A program made the translations under genes and the position numbers. The notes below the pieces were generated by a model that saw only the letters and a program-made list of their open reading frames with translations, was not told the origin of the DNA and did not search any database. A DNA stretch of 64,000 nt from positions 157,343 through 221,342 of the IMG/VR virus record IMGVR_UViG_3300022866_000322; one strand, given 5' to 3'. Numbering within the stretch: the first letter of the stretch is position 1; every line of letters begins with the position of its first letter. Shown piece after piece: positions 9,541 through 21,400 of this stretch.

Positions 9541-10470
9541 TTAACCAATAGTTACTGAGCCCCAGACAGCAGACAAACCTGATGCTGTCTCTGGTGCTGT
9601 TACGTTTACTTTACTAACAAACTGTACATCAATGTTGTCATTGAAACTGCCGCCAGCGCCAGTAGCCGCGGCCTCAAGTGTTATTGTCCAAGTAATAATT
9701 GTGCCTACGTCACCATTTGCGCCTTGTGTACCATTTGACTTAACAGCAACTTGACAGAAGTCTGATGTGTATGGAGTGTATGCCGCACCTGACTCGTCGA
9801 CTCTTGAAATTACTTGGTTACTGGTTGTTAAATCATAATAACCAATGGTTAGATTGTTTGTGGTCTCAGTTTCGCCTGTGCCTGTACGTCCGTTGTTAGT
9901 GGTTGCTCTAAAATCTGCAACACCCCCAACTGCTGTTACCATTGATAGTGCTTGTGCGCCACGTCCTGTACCACCTGTGTTCGCACCTGCCGTTAAATCT
10001 AAATTAAGTTCGCCGCCTGCGTTAAAAAAGTAACGTGCTTGGTCTGCACTAGCAAATGTTGCTGTGCGGGTAAATGTAAATGTTGCGATACCGTCAGCAT
10101 CAACTGGATTGTGTGTTGTACCTGAATCTGTTGTGGTTGAGCCTTGTGCGTTAAAAACCAAACGATTCGTGTATGCTAGGTCAACGCCGTCATCAACACC
10201 AAGTTGGTATGCAACAATGTCACCTGTCACAACCGCAACAACACCTGTGCCTACACCAGTCTGATGTGTACGCACAATGTTCAGTTTGTTGATTACACTA
10301 GCCCACTCAGTGGCGCTGACTGTGTCACCGGCACTTTTAGTGGTTATTGCTGTTTGTCCGTAGCCTGCATCGCCGGTTCCAACAGACCAAGTTGTGTTAA
10401 GTTTGTTTCCCCCATTAATGAGAGTGTTATAATCGGCTGCTGATATGATCCCACCGGATTCGTATGCCAT
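9541..10470 (-). CDS. Virion structural protein (tail/baseplate associated)
   Basis: G/T/A-rich 309-aa protein at the end of the late fibre operon. Confidence 0.7.
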   Translation of the reverse strand: MAYESGGIISAADYNTLINGGNKLNTTWSVGTGDAGYGQTAITTKSAGDTVSATEWASVINKLNIVRTHQTGVGTGVVAVVTGDIVAYQLGVDDGVDLAYTNRLVFNAQGSTTTDSGTTHNPVDADGIATFTFTRTATFASADQARYFFNAGGELNLDLTAGANTGGTGRGAQALSMVTAVGGVADFRATTNNGRTGTGETETTNNLTIGYYDLTTSNQVISRVDESGAAYTPYTSDFCQVAVKSNGTQGANGDVGTIITWTITLEAAATGAGGSFNDNIDVQFVSKVNVTAPETASGLSAVWGSVTIG

Positions 10471-10490
10471 GTTCTACTTCCTTATGCTAT

Positions 10491-12146
10491 TTAACTATTT
10501 AGTTTCACAATGGCCTCAACTACTCCTGCGCCATCATCTAATTTATTTTCTAATGATCTTCCGATCACATTAAATGCAGTAACTTCACTCTTTGTTCCTG
10601 CACGAGCTAATCCGTTTCCTGCGGCAACTAATCGTTGCCCTTTCTTGATTGGGCCAATTACTCGAACTGGTACACGCCCGTTTACTGCAACTGGTGGATG
10701 TGTTGCATCACCACCAGCCCCACTGTTCATTAAGTATGCTGCCTTTGTACTAATAACGCCAAATACATCTTCACTTAATGCATCTGACGCCGCTGTAATT
10801 TCTTCTACACCACCTAGTGCAACAACTGTGCCTGCTGGGTATGCTGAATCACTAGCAAAACGCTCTGCCAAGTCAGCATATTGTGCTTGTAGCGAAACAC
10901 CAAAAATAGTATTAAATCGCATACCGTTACTTCCCAGGTTAACAGTATTACCCACAGTTGGGAATACTGAATTGGCAATGTAAATGTCTGTTACGTTAGC
11001 TCTTGTAGTGGCTACATTAGCACTAAACAGGTTGCCTGTAAAGCTGGTTTGGCTAATTACATTACTCCAACGGTTAGTTATGTTACCTAAAGTATATGTA
11101 ACATTTGCGGACGGGTTTACATTTGCTGTAAATGTAGTTGTTCCAACACCACCACCTAATCTTGTGTCAACATAATTCTTGGTTGCTATACTAAATCCAC
11201 TGCTTGCGGCTGTTGGATTTGCATAAACTTCTGCAAGTCCTGATGTTGCATTACCTTTAAAGAAGTTAGTATCAACACTTCCTTTGTTTAAACTGAATAT
11301 TACATCTTTGTTGTTTGTAAGTCCTTTGACATGCAATTGATCAGATGTAATTAAAATTTGTCCGTCGCTTCCTGCGCCAACTGTTAGGCCGGAATCGTTT
11401 GTTAATGATACTGCACCATTAATTGTTTGTGCTCCAACACCACCGTTTAGTATAATGTTATCAACACTAGTAGCTGAACTATCGCCTGTTCTAAATATAC
11501 CCAAAGTCGAGCTTGCGTTGCCTTGGAATGCATTGTTTGCAATTGCTGTTGATAAGTTCAATCCAGGCTTAATAGTTGCAAAACCTGCAACTGCTGTTGT
11601 AAAGTCTGATTCCTTACTCCAAATAGCAACTAGTGTGTTATCGACATAAATTTTTACAACAACATAAGTTGCACTAGGGCTTACTGCAACAATAGTATCT
11701 GGTATAGCACCCGAGTTACCTGTTGAGCTTGTTGCCGCTGGACCTACTGTAGTAAAGCTGGTTCCGTTATAAACTTTTAGTTGAAGAGTACTAGTATCCC
11801 ACCACTGTTCGCCAACTACCGGACTATTTGGTGCGCTTGCACCGCTAGACATTGTTGCTAGTGGTTTAAATGCTTGACTTGCGGCACCTTTTGTGGTTGC
11901 TGTGTTAATTTGCATTAACTTAGTTCCGGTGTCCCACCATAGTTGTCCTGGCAATGGGCCAGTCGGTGCAGATCCGTTAGCAAAGTTTTCTACTATACGT
12001 ACAACATTCTGATTTAAGAACGTGCCATATCCTGGGTAGTTTTTACCAACAAGTGTTAAACTGGTAGTTGTAGTGTCGATAGTTCCATCGGCTAAGCCTC
12101 CTGATATCAGCTCTGTACCGTTGGTTTGTGTAATATTGTATGCCAT
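10491..12146 (-). CDS. Tail fibre protein with C-terminal peptidase G2/intramolecular-chaperone-like domain
   Basis: N-terminus SLTLVGKNYPGYG..NQN..ENFA..P.GP.PGQLWWD, shared with 13656-14777. C-terminus QYADLAERF..GTVV..GG..E..V.GVIS..AAYLMN..PVAVNGRVPVRV.G...KGQRLV. Confidence 0.8.
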   Translation of the reverse strand: MAYNITQTNGTELISGGLADGTIDTTTTSLTLVGKNYPGYGTFLNQNVVRIVENFANGSAPTGPLPGQLWWDTGTKLMQINTATTKGAASQAFKPLATMSSGASAPNSPVVGEQWWDTSTLQLKVYNGTSFTTVGPAATSSTGNSGAIPDTIVAVSPSATYVVVKIYVDNTLVAIWSKESDFTTAVAGFATIKPGLNLSTAIANNAFQGNASSTLGIFRTGDSSATSVDNIILNGGVGAQTINGAVSLTNDSGLTVGAGSDGQILITSDQLHVKGLTNNKDVIFSLNKGSVDTNFFKGNATSGLAEVYANPTAASSGFSIATKNYVDTRLGGGVGTTTFTANVNPSANVTYTLGNITNRWSNVISQTSFTGNLFSANVATTRANVTDIYIANSVFPTVGNTVNLGSNGMRFNTIFGVSLQAQYADLAERFASDSAYPAGTVVALGGVEEITAASDALSEDVFGVISTKAAYLMNSGAGGDATHPPVAVNGRVPVRVIGPIKKGQRLVAAGNGLARAGTKSEVTAFNVIGRSLENKLDDGAGVVEAIVKLNS

Positions 12147-12168
12147 TTTAAGTTTTCCTCAACTTTAT

Positions 12169-12176
12169 TATTTATG
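12169..12176 (-). promoter_or_regulatory. T4-type late promoter (CATAAATA)
   Basis: Matches the NATAAATA motif found upstream of many structural genes here; the T4 late consensus is TATAAATA. Confidence 0.7.
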
Positions 12177-12195
12177 CGTATTTAAAACTGTGGTG

Positions 12196-13659
12196 CTAAG
12201 AACTGTACGCTCTCACAACAGTGCCATATTCACCGCTTACTGCTGCCAATGCGCCTTGCGTTTGGCCAGCATCTTCTACTTTTCTCCATGTGCCGTCAAC
12301 CTTTACTTGCACGTCGTTAATACTTTTCCATGCACCACTTACTTTAACAAAGGCGTCTGTGACCTGTTTCCAATTTCCACTTACTCTAGTAGAGAACAAG
12401 CCTACTGGTGCTATTTCTAAAACTATCAATCCATTTTGTCCGTTGCCGCCCCCGCGAGCACCTCCGCCTGCAAATCCTGATTTGTAATACAATGTACCAA
12501 CACCGGTTGATGCACTGTTGGCTGGTAAGTTGCCTCCTGTTTTACCAGGGTTGGCTGGCACATCCGGAATACTGCCAGTGGGAATAGGGCCCTCGCGACT
12601 GGGACGAGAGAAGGTAAGTGTGTTACCGCTACCGCCTGTGCCACCAGGGTATCCACCACCACCTGCGCCACCACCGCCACCATCGGGAACACCTTTATCT
12701 TGGCCGTTCATTCCCCTATAGTCTGATGGTGTTGCACCTATAACATTGTTACCAATTGATGCATTAGGGTCGGTTGCTGGAAACAACCCTGCGCCGCCAC
12801 CTCCACCACCACCTCCGGCTATTAATATAGGAGTATTGTTGAGAAGCACAACCGAGGCTCCCCCACCGCCACCTCCGGTTCCTGATGCTCCATTAAAGCC
12901 TGACCTTCCACCTGTGCCACCGTTGAGTGATAGTGTAGAATTACTGCTTATGTTTGTTCTAGCATCGCCGGCGGCGCCGCCAGGACTCTGACCTCTCGGC
13001 TGATTGCCAGGACCGCCTTTACCGCCTTCGCCAACTACTACTTCTAGTGTATCACCTGATGTTGTCGTAAAGGTTAATGTATTGTACAGTCCCGGTGACC
13101 CAACACCACCGCTAACAGAAGCATCATTGCCGCCGCCTCCACCGGCACCACCCCATATGTGGGCTGTAATAGTTGCCGCATACGGAAGGACGGCCTGATA
13201 TCTTCCACTGGGAATCGCCGTAACAGTTAAGTTATCTTTAAGGTTAAAATTGTTTCCGCCTACAGGTGCTGTCACTGTTGCGGCAAGTCCGGCCGCTCCA
13301 CTGGTATTAGTTACTTGCCAACTAAGCAAATACTGTGTGCCTGCAACAAATGTTACTGTGTCTGAAGATGTACTTTGTGGATTGCTACCTGCTAGAACTT
13401 GTTCACCAGTAAAAGTCCCGCCAGTGATTGCCCACGAAAAACTGTCATCGCATGATGCTTGTAATGTGTGTGTCCCGGATGTATTTGGTATGTAGTATCT
13501 TGAAATTGTATATGTTACTGTCGTGTTACTATAGTCACGCCATACTGCATTGTTGTTTAAAAATGTGGGCCAAGAAGCATCACTTCGTAATACCAGATTA
13601 GTACGGCCTTGGGGGGAAGGATCAACTACAAATTCTTTAACAGTTAACCTAGTACTCAT
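12196..13659 (-). CDS. Glycine-rich adhesin/receptor-binding protein, possible PA14-like N-terminal domain
   Basis: HIWGGAGGGGG, GGGGGAS and AGGGGGGGGAG glycine-rich domain; THTLQASCDD PA14-like motif; C-terminal RVSGNWKQV..VKVSGAWKSI..VKVDGTWRKV repeats. Confidence 0.7.
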   Translation of the reverse strand: MSTRLTVKEFVVDPSPQGRTNLVLRSDASWPTFLNNNAVWRDYSNTTVTYTISRYYIPNTSGTHTLQASCDDSFSWAITGGTFTGEQVLAGSNPQSTSSDTVTFVAGTQYLLSWQVTNTSGAAGLAATVTAPVGGNNFNLKDNLTVTAIPSGRYQAVLPYAATITAHIWGGAGGGGGNDASVSGGVGSPGLYNTLTFTTTSGDTLEVVVGEGGKGGPGNQPRGQSPGGAAGDARTNISSNSTLSLNGGTGGRSGFNGASGTGGGGGGASVVLLNNTPILIAGGGGGGGGAGLFPATDPNASIGNNVIGATPSDYRGMNGQDKGVPDGGGGGAGGGGYPGGTGGSGNTLTFSRPSREGPIPTGSIPDVPANPGKTGGNLPANSASTGVGTLYYKSGFAGGGARGGGNGQNGLIVLEIAPVGLFSTRVSGNWKQVTDAFVKVSGAWKSINDVQVKVDGTWRKVEDAGQTQGALAAVSGEYGTVVRAYSS

Positions 13660-14777
13660 GGGGTATACTTAAACCAAATGTCTCCGTCGGCACCATCACT
13701 AACGGTTGGATCTGCTGTGCTTACAAACTTTCTACTACCGTCCCAAAATACACCACGTGTCATTACATATTGTGTTGTGGCAACCTGTGTGGTATTGGCA
13801 CCAAATGTTGCTGTTGGTGCAACAGGAGTTCCTGTGAATGTTGGACCTGCTGTGTCTGCTTTTAGGTTAACATTTGCACTAAGTGCGGCAGTTTGTGCTA
13901 GGTTAACGCTGTCAAGTCTTCCGCTCAGTGTACTGATGCTAGTATTTGCACCAGTGACGTTGTTGTTGATTGTTGTAATACTGGTGTTTGCATAAGTTTG
14001 GAATGCACCAACATTGGCATTTATACCAGGTACAGTTGTCCCTACTACTGTACCTAAGTTTGCACTTGTAGTTTGTGCTCTTGTGTTGGAAAATGCTTGG
14101 TACGAACCTATATTGGCCTGCGTAGTGTCTATTTCAACATTAGCCGCTGTTACGTTTGCTCTTAGTGCTGACTCTGCGTCAGTTCTAACTGCAAGATTGG
14201 CATTTATGGTTGCTACATTAGCAGTCATTGCTACACCAGCATCATACCTGTTTTGCGCATCCACGCTGTCTACATATATCTTAGTAGTAACACCCATGTT
14301 GCTCGTAGCATTAGCAGATACTGTTGCTAGTCCTGTGTTGCCTTGGATGTTTAAAACATTAGTGCTTGTGCCCGCAACATTAGCAAATACTGCAATATTG
14401 CCATTATTGTTTGTATTTGTTACGTTTACAAGTCCGGCAACTTCTTTTATTTCTACGTTGCCACCACCACCAACAGTTAAGTTGCCGGCTATGTCTACAT
14501 TACCTGAAATGTTTGAGCCTACTTTAAACCAGGTCGTACCATTATAACTGTTTAGGTTGTTGGTACTAGTGTCGAACCACAGTTGTCCTGTAATAGGATT
14601 AGGTGGACTGGTACTTAATGCAAAGTTTTCCAGTATGTGTACAAAATTTTCGTTAGTAGCATCACCGTAGTTTTGAACTAGACGTCCAAAAAGCGTAATA
14701 CTAGTACTGGTGGTATCCTTAGTACCATCAAGTACTACTATTGTTGTTCCATCTGTTTTATTTACATTATATGCCAT
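13656..14777 (-). CDS. Tail fibre protein (trimeric coiled-coil shaft)
   Basis: Same N-terminal fibre module as 10491-12146; AN(V/I/L/T) periodic helical shaft; GTPVAPTA..NTTQVATTQYV fibre motif; C-terminal GADGDIWFKY. Confidence 0.8.
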   Translation of the reverse strand: MAYNVNKTDGTTIVVLDGTKDTTSTSITLFGRLVQNYGDATNENFVHILENFALSTSPPNPITGQLWFDTSTNNLNSYNGTTWFKVGSNISGNVDIAGNLTVGGGGNVEIKEVAGLVNVTNTNNNGNIAVFANVAGTSTNVLNIQGNTGLATVSANATSNMGVTTKIYVDSVDAQNRYDAGVAMTANVATINANLAVRTDAESALRANVTAANVEIDTTQANIGSYQAFSNTRAQTTSANLGTVVGTTVPGINANVGAFQTYANTSITTINNNVTGANTSISTLSGRLDSVNLAQTAALSANVNLKADTAGPTFTGTPVAPTATFGANTTQVATTQYVMTRGVFWDGSRKFVSTADPTVSDGADGDIWFKYTP

Positions 14778-14783
14778 TGTTTA

Positions 14784-15446
14784 TTACCCCTGACTTGTCA
14801 AGTTGGTCAGTGTTTGTATTCTAACTGTGTAGTCAATCTGTATCAATCTGTTGAGTGACTTTTGCACAGGGTGGAATACTACATGTGTTAACAACTTGCC
14901 TGTTGTTGCTAATCCACTTGTACCATCTGTGCTTCTTGCTTTAAGTCCAAGCTCGTCGAATGTGTATGTGTCGTCAAGGGTAGTTGAATTGTCAAATGCG
15001 CTTTGTCCTGTTGGTTCGCCATAATCAAGCAAGCAACTTACTACTATGTCTGTAAATACCTTGCCTGGTGTGTGTCTAATTTCCATCTTGTTGCGTGTAG
15101 GATCAGTGTTAAGTGTACTGGTGTTGTCTACAATCTTAGCAAAAGTTGGGTTGTACAAATTACTGTTGCTGGTATTGGTATTGCTTGGCAAATAGTTGAT
15201 GACCCCTGTTGGATCAACACTAGTACCTCCGTTACCAAAATGCATTTCGTAAATGTAACCTTGTTGTTTATTTGCAAGGTTGTATGCGATTGCTTCACTG
15301 ATGTTTTCATAGTGAATAGCATTTCGCTTGTTAATAAAGATTTCCCCAGACTCTGGGTCAAAAATCTTAATGTGTCCTTGAACGTGTAAACCACCGTGCT
15401 CGTCTGGTTTTGGTTCAAGTTCTGAATTTTCAGGTAAGGTTTGCAT
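14784..15446 (-). CDS. Tail-collar/baseplate fibre-attachment protein (DUF3751-like)
   Basis: FGNGG, FDELGL and LLTHVVFHPVQKSLNR motifs. Start moved to the ATG at 15446 (GGAAG RBS, late promoter upstream) from the track's 15491. Confidence 0.55.
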   Translation of the reverse strand: MQTLPENSELEPKPDEHGGLHVQGHIKIFDPESGEIFINKRNAIHYENISEAIAYNLANKQQGYIYEMHFGNGGTSVDPTGVINYLPSNTNTSNSNLYNPTFAKIVDNTSTLNTDPTRNKMEIRHTPGKVFTDIVVSCLLDYGEPTGQSAFDNSTTLDDTYTFDELGLKARSTDGTSGLATTGKLLTHVVFHPVQKSLNRLIQIDYTVRIQTLTNLTSQG

Positions 15447-15469
15447 ATTATTTTCTTCCGTGTCTAGAG

Positions 15470-15477
15470 TATTTATC
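15470..15477 (-). promoter_or_regulatory. Late promoter (GATAAATA)
   Basis: NATAAATA motif about 25 nt upstream of the ATG at 15446. Confidence 0.65.
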
Positions 15478-15487
15478 TGGGGTTTAA

Positions 15488-18400
15488 TCATGGAGTATAA
15501 CTCCTCTCTGCTTTGATGTATTCAGCCCACTCAGTGGTACTAGAATCCAGTGTATCACCAGTTCCGTATGCCTTCCATAAGTAGTCCTGTTTAATTGTTT
15601 TGCCTGTTACACTAACATTACCAGTACTAAGTACTTCACCTAGTATGTTAAGTGCGGAAACATTAGCTGTTGTTGTAGTGCCATTGATACTAACATTAGC
15701 ATTAGCAATTCTTAGGTTGCCATCAACAAAGTCTACAGCAACCACATTGGCGTTTGCTACAGTTTCAAGTATTCTAACATTTGCTGTAGGACCAGTCTGC
15801 GTTATGTAATCACCAATGTTAGCACTGATTGTGTTGTTTAACGACACACGCCATGTAACATTTGCGGCTACTTTCTTTTCACCCGTTAGTGAGTTGGTTG
15901 TTGCTAGTGCTATGTTTGGTAACTGCTGTGCCAATGAGCTATCAACTACACGAGCATTGGCATAGTGTACGTTTGCACCAGTGCCGTCAACTCCTCTGCG
16001 CAACTGTGAAATTGTGTTGGCAAATACCTGCTTAACGTTTGATGTGTTGATGTATGCGTTAGCATTAGCAAACACATTTCCTAATACTAGGAAAACATTA
16101 CTGCTGTATGTAATCAAACTATCTGTTGCAAACTCAGTGTTGGCTGTCCAAACATCAGCACTGAGCATTTTAGCATCATCATACTTCTGGTAGTAGTAAA
16201 TCAATTCACCGTTGATGAATACCTCACCTGGTGAACCACCGACTCCAGTGCCTGGATCTGGTAGCAAGGCAGCGTTGTCAACAAATATGTTAACATCGTC
16301 AAGAGCCAAGTTAGCAGTAAGTGTTGTTGTACTGTTTGCACTTATTCGGTAGTAACTTCTGTCACGGTCCATTGGTTCAAACACTCTAAAGCCATAACTT
16401 GCAGTGTTTGACGCTGTATTAGTAAACACACGCATTTCAAGTGTGTCATACATTCTACCCGGAACTAGTTCTTCTGGTGCATGACTATTGTAAGCATCTA
16501 AGTAGAAACCACCAGCAATGTTAATGTCCTCTGGTCTAGTTCCTAGTGCGGTGTCTGTGTAAAAACTTGCAATGTTGCTGTCAAGTAAGTCGTCAATGTA
16601 CAAGTTACTGATCTTAACATTAGCAGTACCGGAACCTAACACATCCATAACATTAGCAGTAGTTGCAACACCATTTACGCGAACAACATTAGCATCAAGT
16701 TCTAAGAAACCTTGCTTTTCTTGGATAACTGCAATTTCTTTTACACTAGTATAGTTGTTCAACACTCTTGCGTTTGCAGTTGAATTAGTCTGAGTAATGT
16801 AGTCGCCTTCGTTTGCACTTATACTTTCACCTAACGACAACGTCACAATACTTTCGATCGGTTGCCCACTTAGCATCATTTCATCACGTGACACGCTTAC
16901 TACTCTGAACGTTGCATTGTTCTCAAAATTGAAGGTTTCGTACATGCCCTCAATTTTAATAGGATCATTTAGATTAAAGCCACGGTCAACGAAGTCTACC
17001 TGTTGTGTGTTTGCACTAGTAATCTTATGACCTGTGTAGTTGAATCCAATTACATTGCTCGTTAAGGTAAAGCTGTTAGATGTAAACGTCTCTCCACTTA
17101 TTTTATTACCAGGATAACTTGTACCAAACATCAATTGATTGATGTCTTTGCCTGGTCTTCCAAAACTTGGAACATAGTAACTGGTTATTCTATCTGCGGC
17201 ACTAAGCAATACATTACCGCTATCAATTTCTGTAAAGCGTGTAAAGTCAAACACTGTCTGCGAACTTACATTTGCGTTTGTAGCCAAGTATGCTGTGTTG
17301 TTGTAGAATATAATGTTGCCACTTGTGATATACAAGTTGCCGTCTATTTGTGTAATTCCGTTGCTGTTGAAATCATACTGTTGTACAAAGTTGCCTACGT
17401 CATCTGCTACAAACAAGCGTGTACCGTCGTGTCTCATGTACAAGCCAGTTGGATTAGTTGCATTCAAGTCTGCTGAATTATTAAGTGTAGCAGTTGAGAT
17501 ATCCCATGCCGTTGAAAGTGTATAACTCCATATCTTGTTATACTGCTGTCCAGTTACAAACAGTTCTTTACCATCTTCTCTGAAGCGCATACCTGTTGGA
17601 ATATTTTCTTCGCTAGCCACGCTCTTGCTTCGTGTGCTGTATGTTGCACTGCTTGCTAACCACGGAATGCTAAGTTCATATTCAAACACTGTGTCATTTG
17701 CTGTGCCTAACACGTACATTCTTGTGCCGTCTGTACTGAATTCAACACTAGTTGCACTTGTTTCTTGGCTGTTAATGCTTACAACACTGATGTTAGCGGC
17801 TGTATTAACAAACCAAGGAGTAGCAAGTCTGTACTCGTAAACGCTGTTACTTGTATCCCCAACAGTGTACATGCGAGATCCGTCTTCTCTAAAGAACAAA
17901 CCTTGCACACTGGTGTCTTGAACATTAACATTAGCTACAGCAACGTTGCTTGCCGTTGTAACTTCCCATGGTGTACCTAGTGTGTACTCATACACACTGT
18001 TTGATGTGTCGCCTGCGATATACATTTTAGTACCGTCAGGTTTGAAAAATACATCTGTAATAGTAGTATCTTGTGGAGCAACATTTGCATTGCCGTCAAG
18101 TTCTATTCTGTTCAAGTCATAGCTGTTTGCAAAGTTGCCATTTACTACAACAGTATCTTCGTATGCAACATTCGCGGTCCATTGTGCTACATTACTGGTG
18201 TAGGTTATTCTATCAAATTTAATTGTGCTGTCTATGCTTCTAACAGTGTTGTATCCACCTTGGCTATCAAACTCACTGTTTAACATTGCATACGCTGTTG
18301 CACCCTCACCTGTGCCGTTAATTACCACGTTTGGTGTAGTAGTGTATCCTGATCCTGCCTTTGTAACAGTAATACTAGTTACAGTTCCATCAGCGGCACT

Positions 18401-21400
18401 AATTGTTGCAGTTGCATTGGCTCCTGATCCGCCACCTCCTGTTATTTCGACGTTTGGTGCAATGGTGTAATTTTGTCCTATATTGCCTACAATAATTTCA
18501 CCAACTTTAAGTTTATAGTTGTCTGCATATGGCTGGTACAAGTCAGTTGTAAAATATGTACTGTCAGATGTAACCTGGATGTTTGGTGAGCGGAATGTAT
18601 TTTCTTCTGCATACCAACGTGCCGGGATGTCAAAGTCTGTCCAACTACCAGTTGCAGTATCAGTCTTTGTGTAAACTGGAGTAAACTCTTTAAGTTGTGT
18701 TCTGTATGGCTTTACTTCATCTATATACTGTTTATAAAAATCTTGATTATCTTTGCTGTAGGTTGGCAATTGCTCGAGTGATCTAAGATTATGTAATACA
18801 TCAATAAAGCTGGTTTTAAATATCCAGTCTGGATTTTTCTGTTCTTCAAACACATAATTTATTATTGTAAAGAATAGCTTATTAAAATCTGTAGCCAAAC
18901 TGTTAATAAAAATTTGGGTGTACAAACTATCAAAAATATTTCCTATTTCGCTGCCTGCTTGCTTATCGAATGCTACTGCGTCAAACACAGCAGTATCAAA
19001 GCCCAAAGTTATTGTGGTGTCGTACAATAAGCTACTTAAAGTTACTGTGGCATTTTCTGCCGCAATCAAAGAAAGCTGTCCTGTGGTTTCGTATCTATAT
19101 GTGGACCAGTTTCCTGCACCATCATCTAGTATTTTTATGTAGTCGTTGTTTGCCAATACTAATTTTTGAATATCACCATACGTATTAACAGTATGCGCTA
19201 TTGCATTACCTGCAATGTAAGTACTGTCATACCATTCCGAAGGTGTCCACCACAGGTCTGTCTTGTAACTCTGGCTACGTATTAAATCAAACTCTCTTGA
19301 CGTGCCGTTGAACTCAAGCAATGACCATCTGTTTTCGTAACGACTATCTTGCGGAATTAAAATTGTATACCCATCAGCAAAACCTGTAGTGTCGAGATAT
19401 TCTACATCTGTATATGATGCTACTTGTGCATCATAACTAGCAGGGAACGGTTGTTGTACATACAAACTTGTTGCTGTAGTTGTTAGCAATACTGGGTGCA
19501 GTGCTAGTAGCCTGTTGGCTTCATTTACAAAAACTTCCAAGGCAGCTGATCTATCCAAGAACAGTCCTTGTCTAGGTCTAGAAAGTATCCCTAGCCTGTC
19601 TTGTGGTTTAAGTGTAATGTCGGGCACCAATCTACCTGTGCTGTCTTCACCACGTAAACTATCTCGCAGTTTGTCTATTACACGTTGAGGGATGGCACTT
19701 GTAGTAGTGCCTTGCTGAACTAATCCAAATTCGTTGTGTATTAATTGATCGTTATTCTCAACAGTCGTGGTGTCCAAATGCAAAATAACATCACTGCCTG
19801 TGGTCTTGTCATTTATGTTGTACAAGTTTACACTACTAGGCGAAGTTAATCCTAGGTAAGGAATATTTTGATCCTTTGGACTTCTTATATATTGTTCTAA
19901 TAGAGTAGTGCTGATCCGACGGTTTGCAGTTACTGGATCGACACTAGTCTTTCCACTTACCCAATAATAATACTTGCTTACGATTATGCCAGTGCCAGGA
20001 TCAACAAAAGTTGATTGTGTGTAAGCAGAGTCATCTGCATTCTTAGGCACACCATCTCCGCCATTACCTACATATTGACTAGGTAAAACATCGCTTTCTA
20101 CCCATTCGTAAATTGTTACTGTACTTCCCGGGAACAAACTACCCCAATTAATACTTCTGTACAATAGTGTACTCTGCTCGTAATCAATAAAGTTAGCTAC
20201 ACTAGTGTCCCACCATGTCTTACCAATTTGTTGGGTAGTCCAGTAAAATGAATCATTTGATATGCCGGTGCTTGCTGTTGTTGTATTATAAGAAGCTGGG
20301 TCAAATTCCTCAATGTAATCTAGTTCCTGTTCAACAGCACCTAGTAACTTGCCTTTGACAGGATCTAATATATCTAAATAATTTATTATTGTTTCTGATG
20401 TCTTATTATAAATGAACGCTGAATTAATTGCATCAATTGCTACCCTTGGTTCTTTGTACCTAAGCAATTCCCATCCAGGTTTACTACCTTCGTTGTAGTA
20501 TGTGTATACACTTCCACCGCCTACTGTAATGTCTGAATCATTAGTAACACCAATTACCATGATATCATTTACAATATCAATATCAGCACCATAATCATCA
20601 CCTGTCTCGACGCCAGGTGCAGTTAGTTTTTGGCTGAATGCAAATATTGATGGATTGTCTTCTGACTCGTAAGGGTTAGCTATGAGATCATATAGGTAAA
20701 CTGCACCTGAATCTTTAACTATCTTAACAAACGTAGTAGATAAACTATCAAATATTGTAACTGTGTCAGCTATATCAAAAGTCGTAGGGGTTGTAGTATC
20801 TGCGCCTTCGCTAGATATTGCCAACTTACCAACGCTTTGGCTAATGCCTATCGCAGTACCAAACTTTTCTCCAATTTGATTAGGATGGGTTACAACTTGC
20901 GTATGCTTGTAGATCTCTATTCCGAGATCAGTTAATCCGGTACCTGTGCTTGCAGAGGTAATGTTAAGTTTTTCTGTAGCAACTTGTACATTGCTTGTAA
21001 TTTGTAGCCTCCAATGGCTTTCTGTTTCTCCCGACGTTACGTTACTAATAAACACCAATGCATTACTTGCTGTTACTCCCGGAATACCTGTTCCATTAAT
21101 GTCATTGGCTACGTCTGTTATAGTAGTTCCGGTAAATTCTACTGGCCTATCGTTAATTACAATACTGTCACCTGAAGTAACAGTGGCGTTGCTCACTGTG
21201 CCTGTTACGTTACCGTAAACTCTTCCTGTGTTTACCAGTCTATAGACTGCTCCCGAACTATATTGATTTGCAAAGTAGGAAGGAGCACTTCCGTATAGAT
21301 TACAGCCAGTACCGCATAACTGAATATCAGTTCCGAATCTTTGTCCGTTGATTCCTGTCAAACTAGGAGAGATAATCTGATCTTGGACGAAGTTATTGGT

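Noticed and set aside
10491-10900. Intein at the C-terminus of the 551-aa fibre
   Set aside because: No intein blocks (N-terminal C, C-terminal HN); the sequence fits a peptidase-G2-like chaperone domain common on fibres.
10510-14547. Plus-strand ORFs antisense to fibre genes (e.g. 10510-10983, 14014-14547)
   Set aside because: Shadow frames caused by biased codon usage of the real genes; no RBS and V/L/A/P-rich mirror composition.
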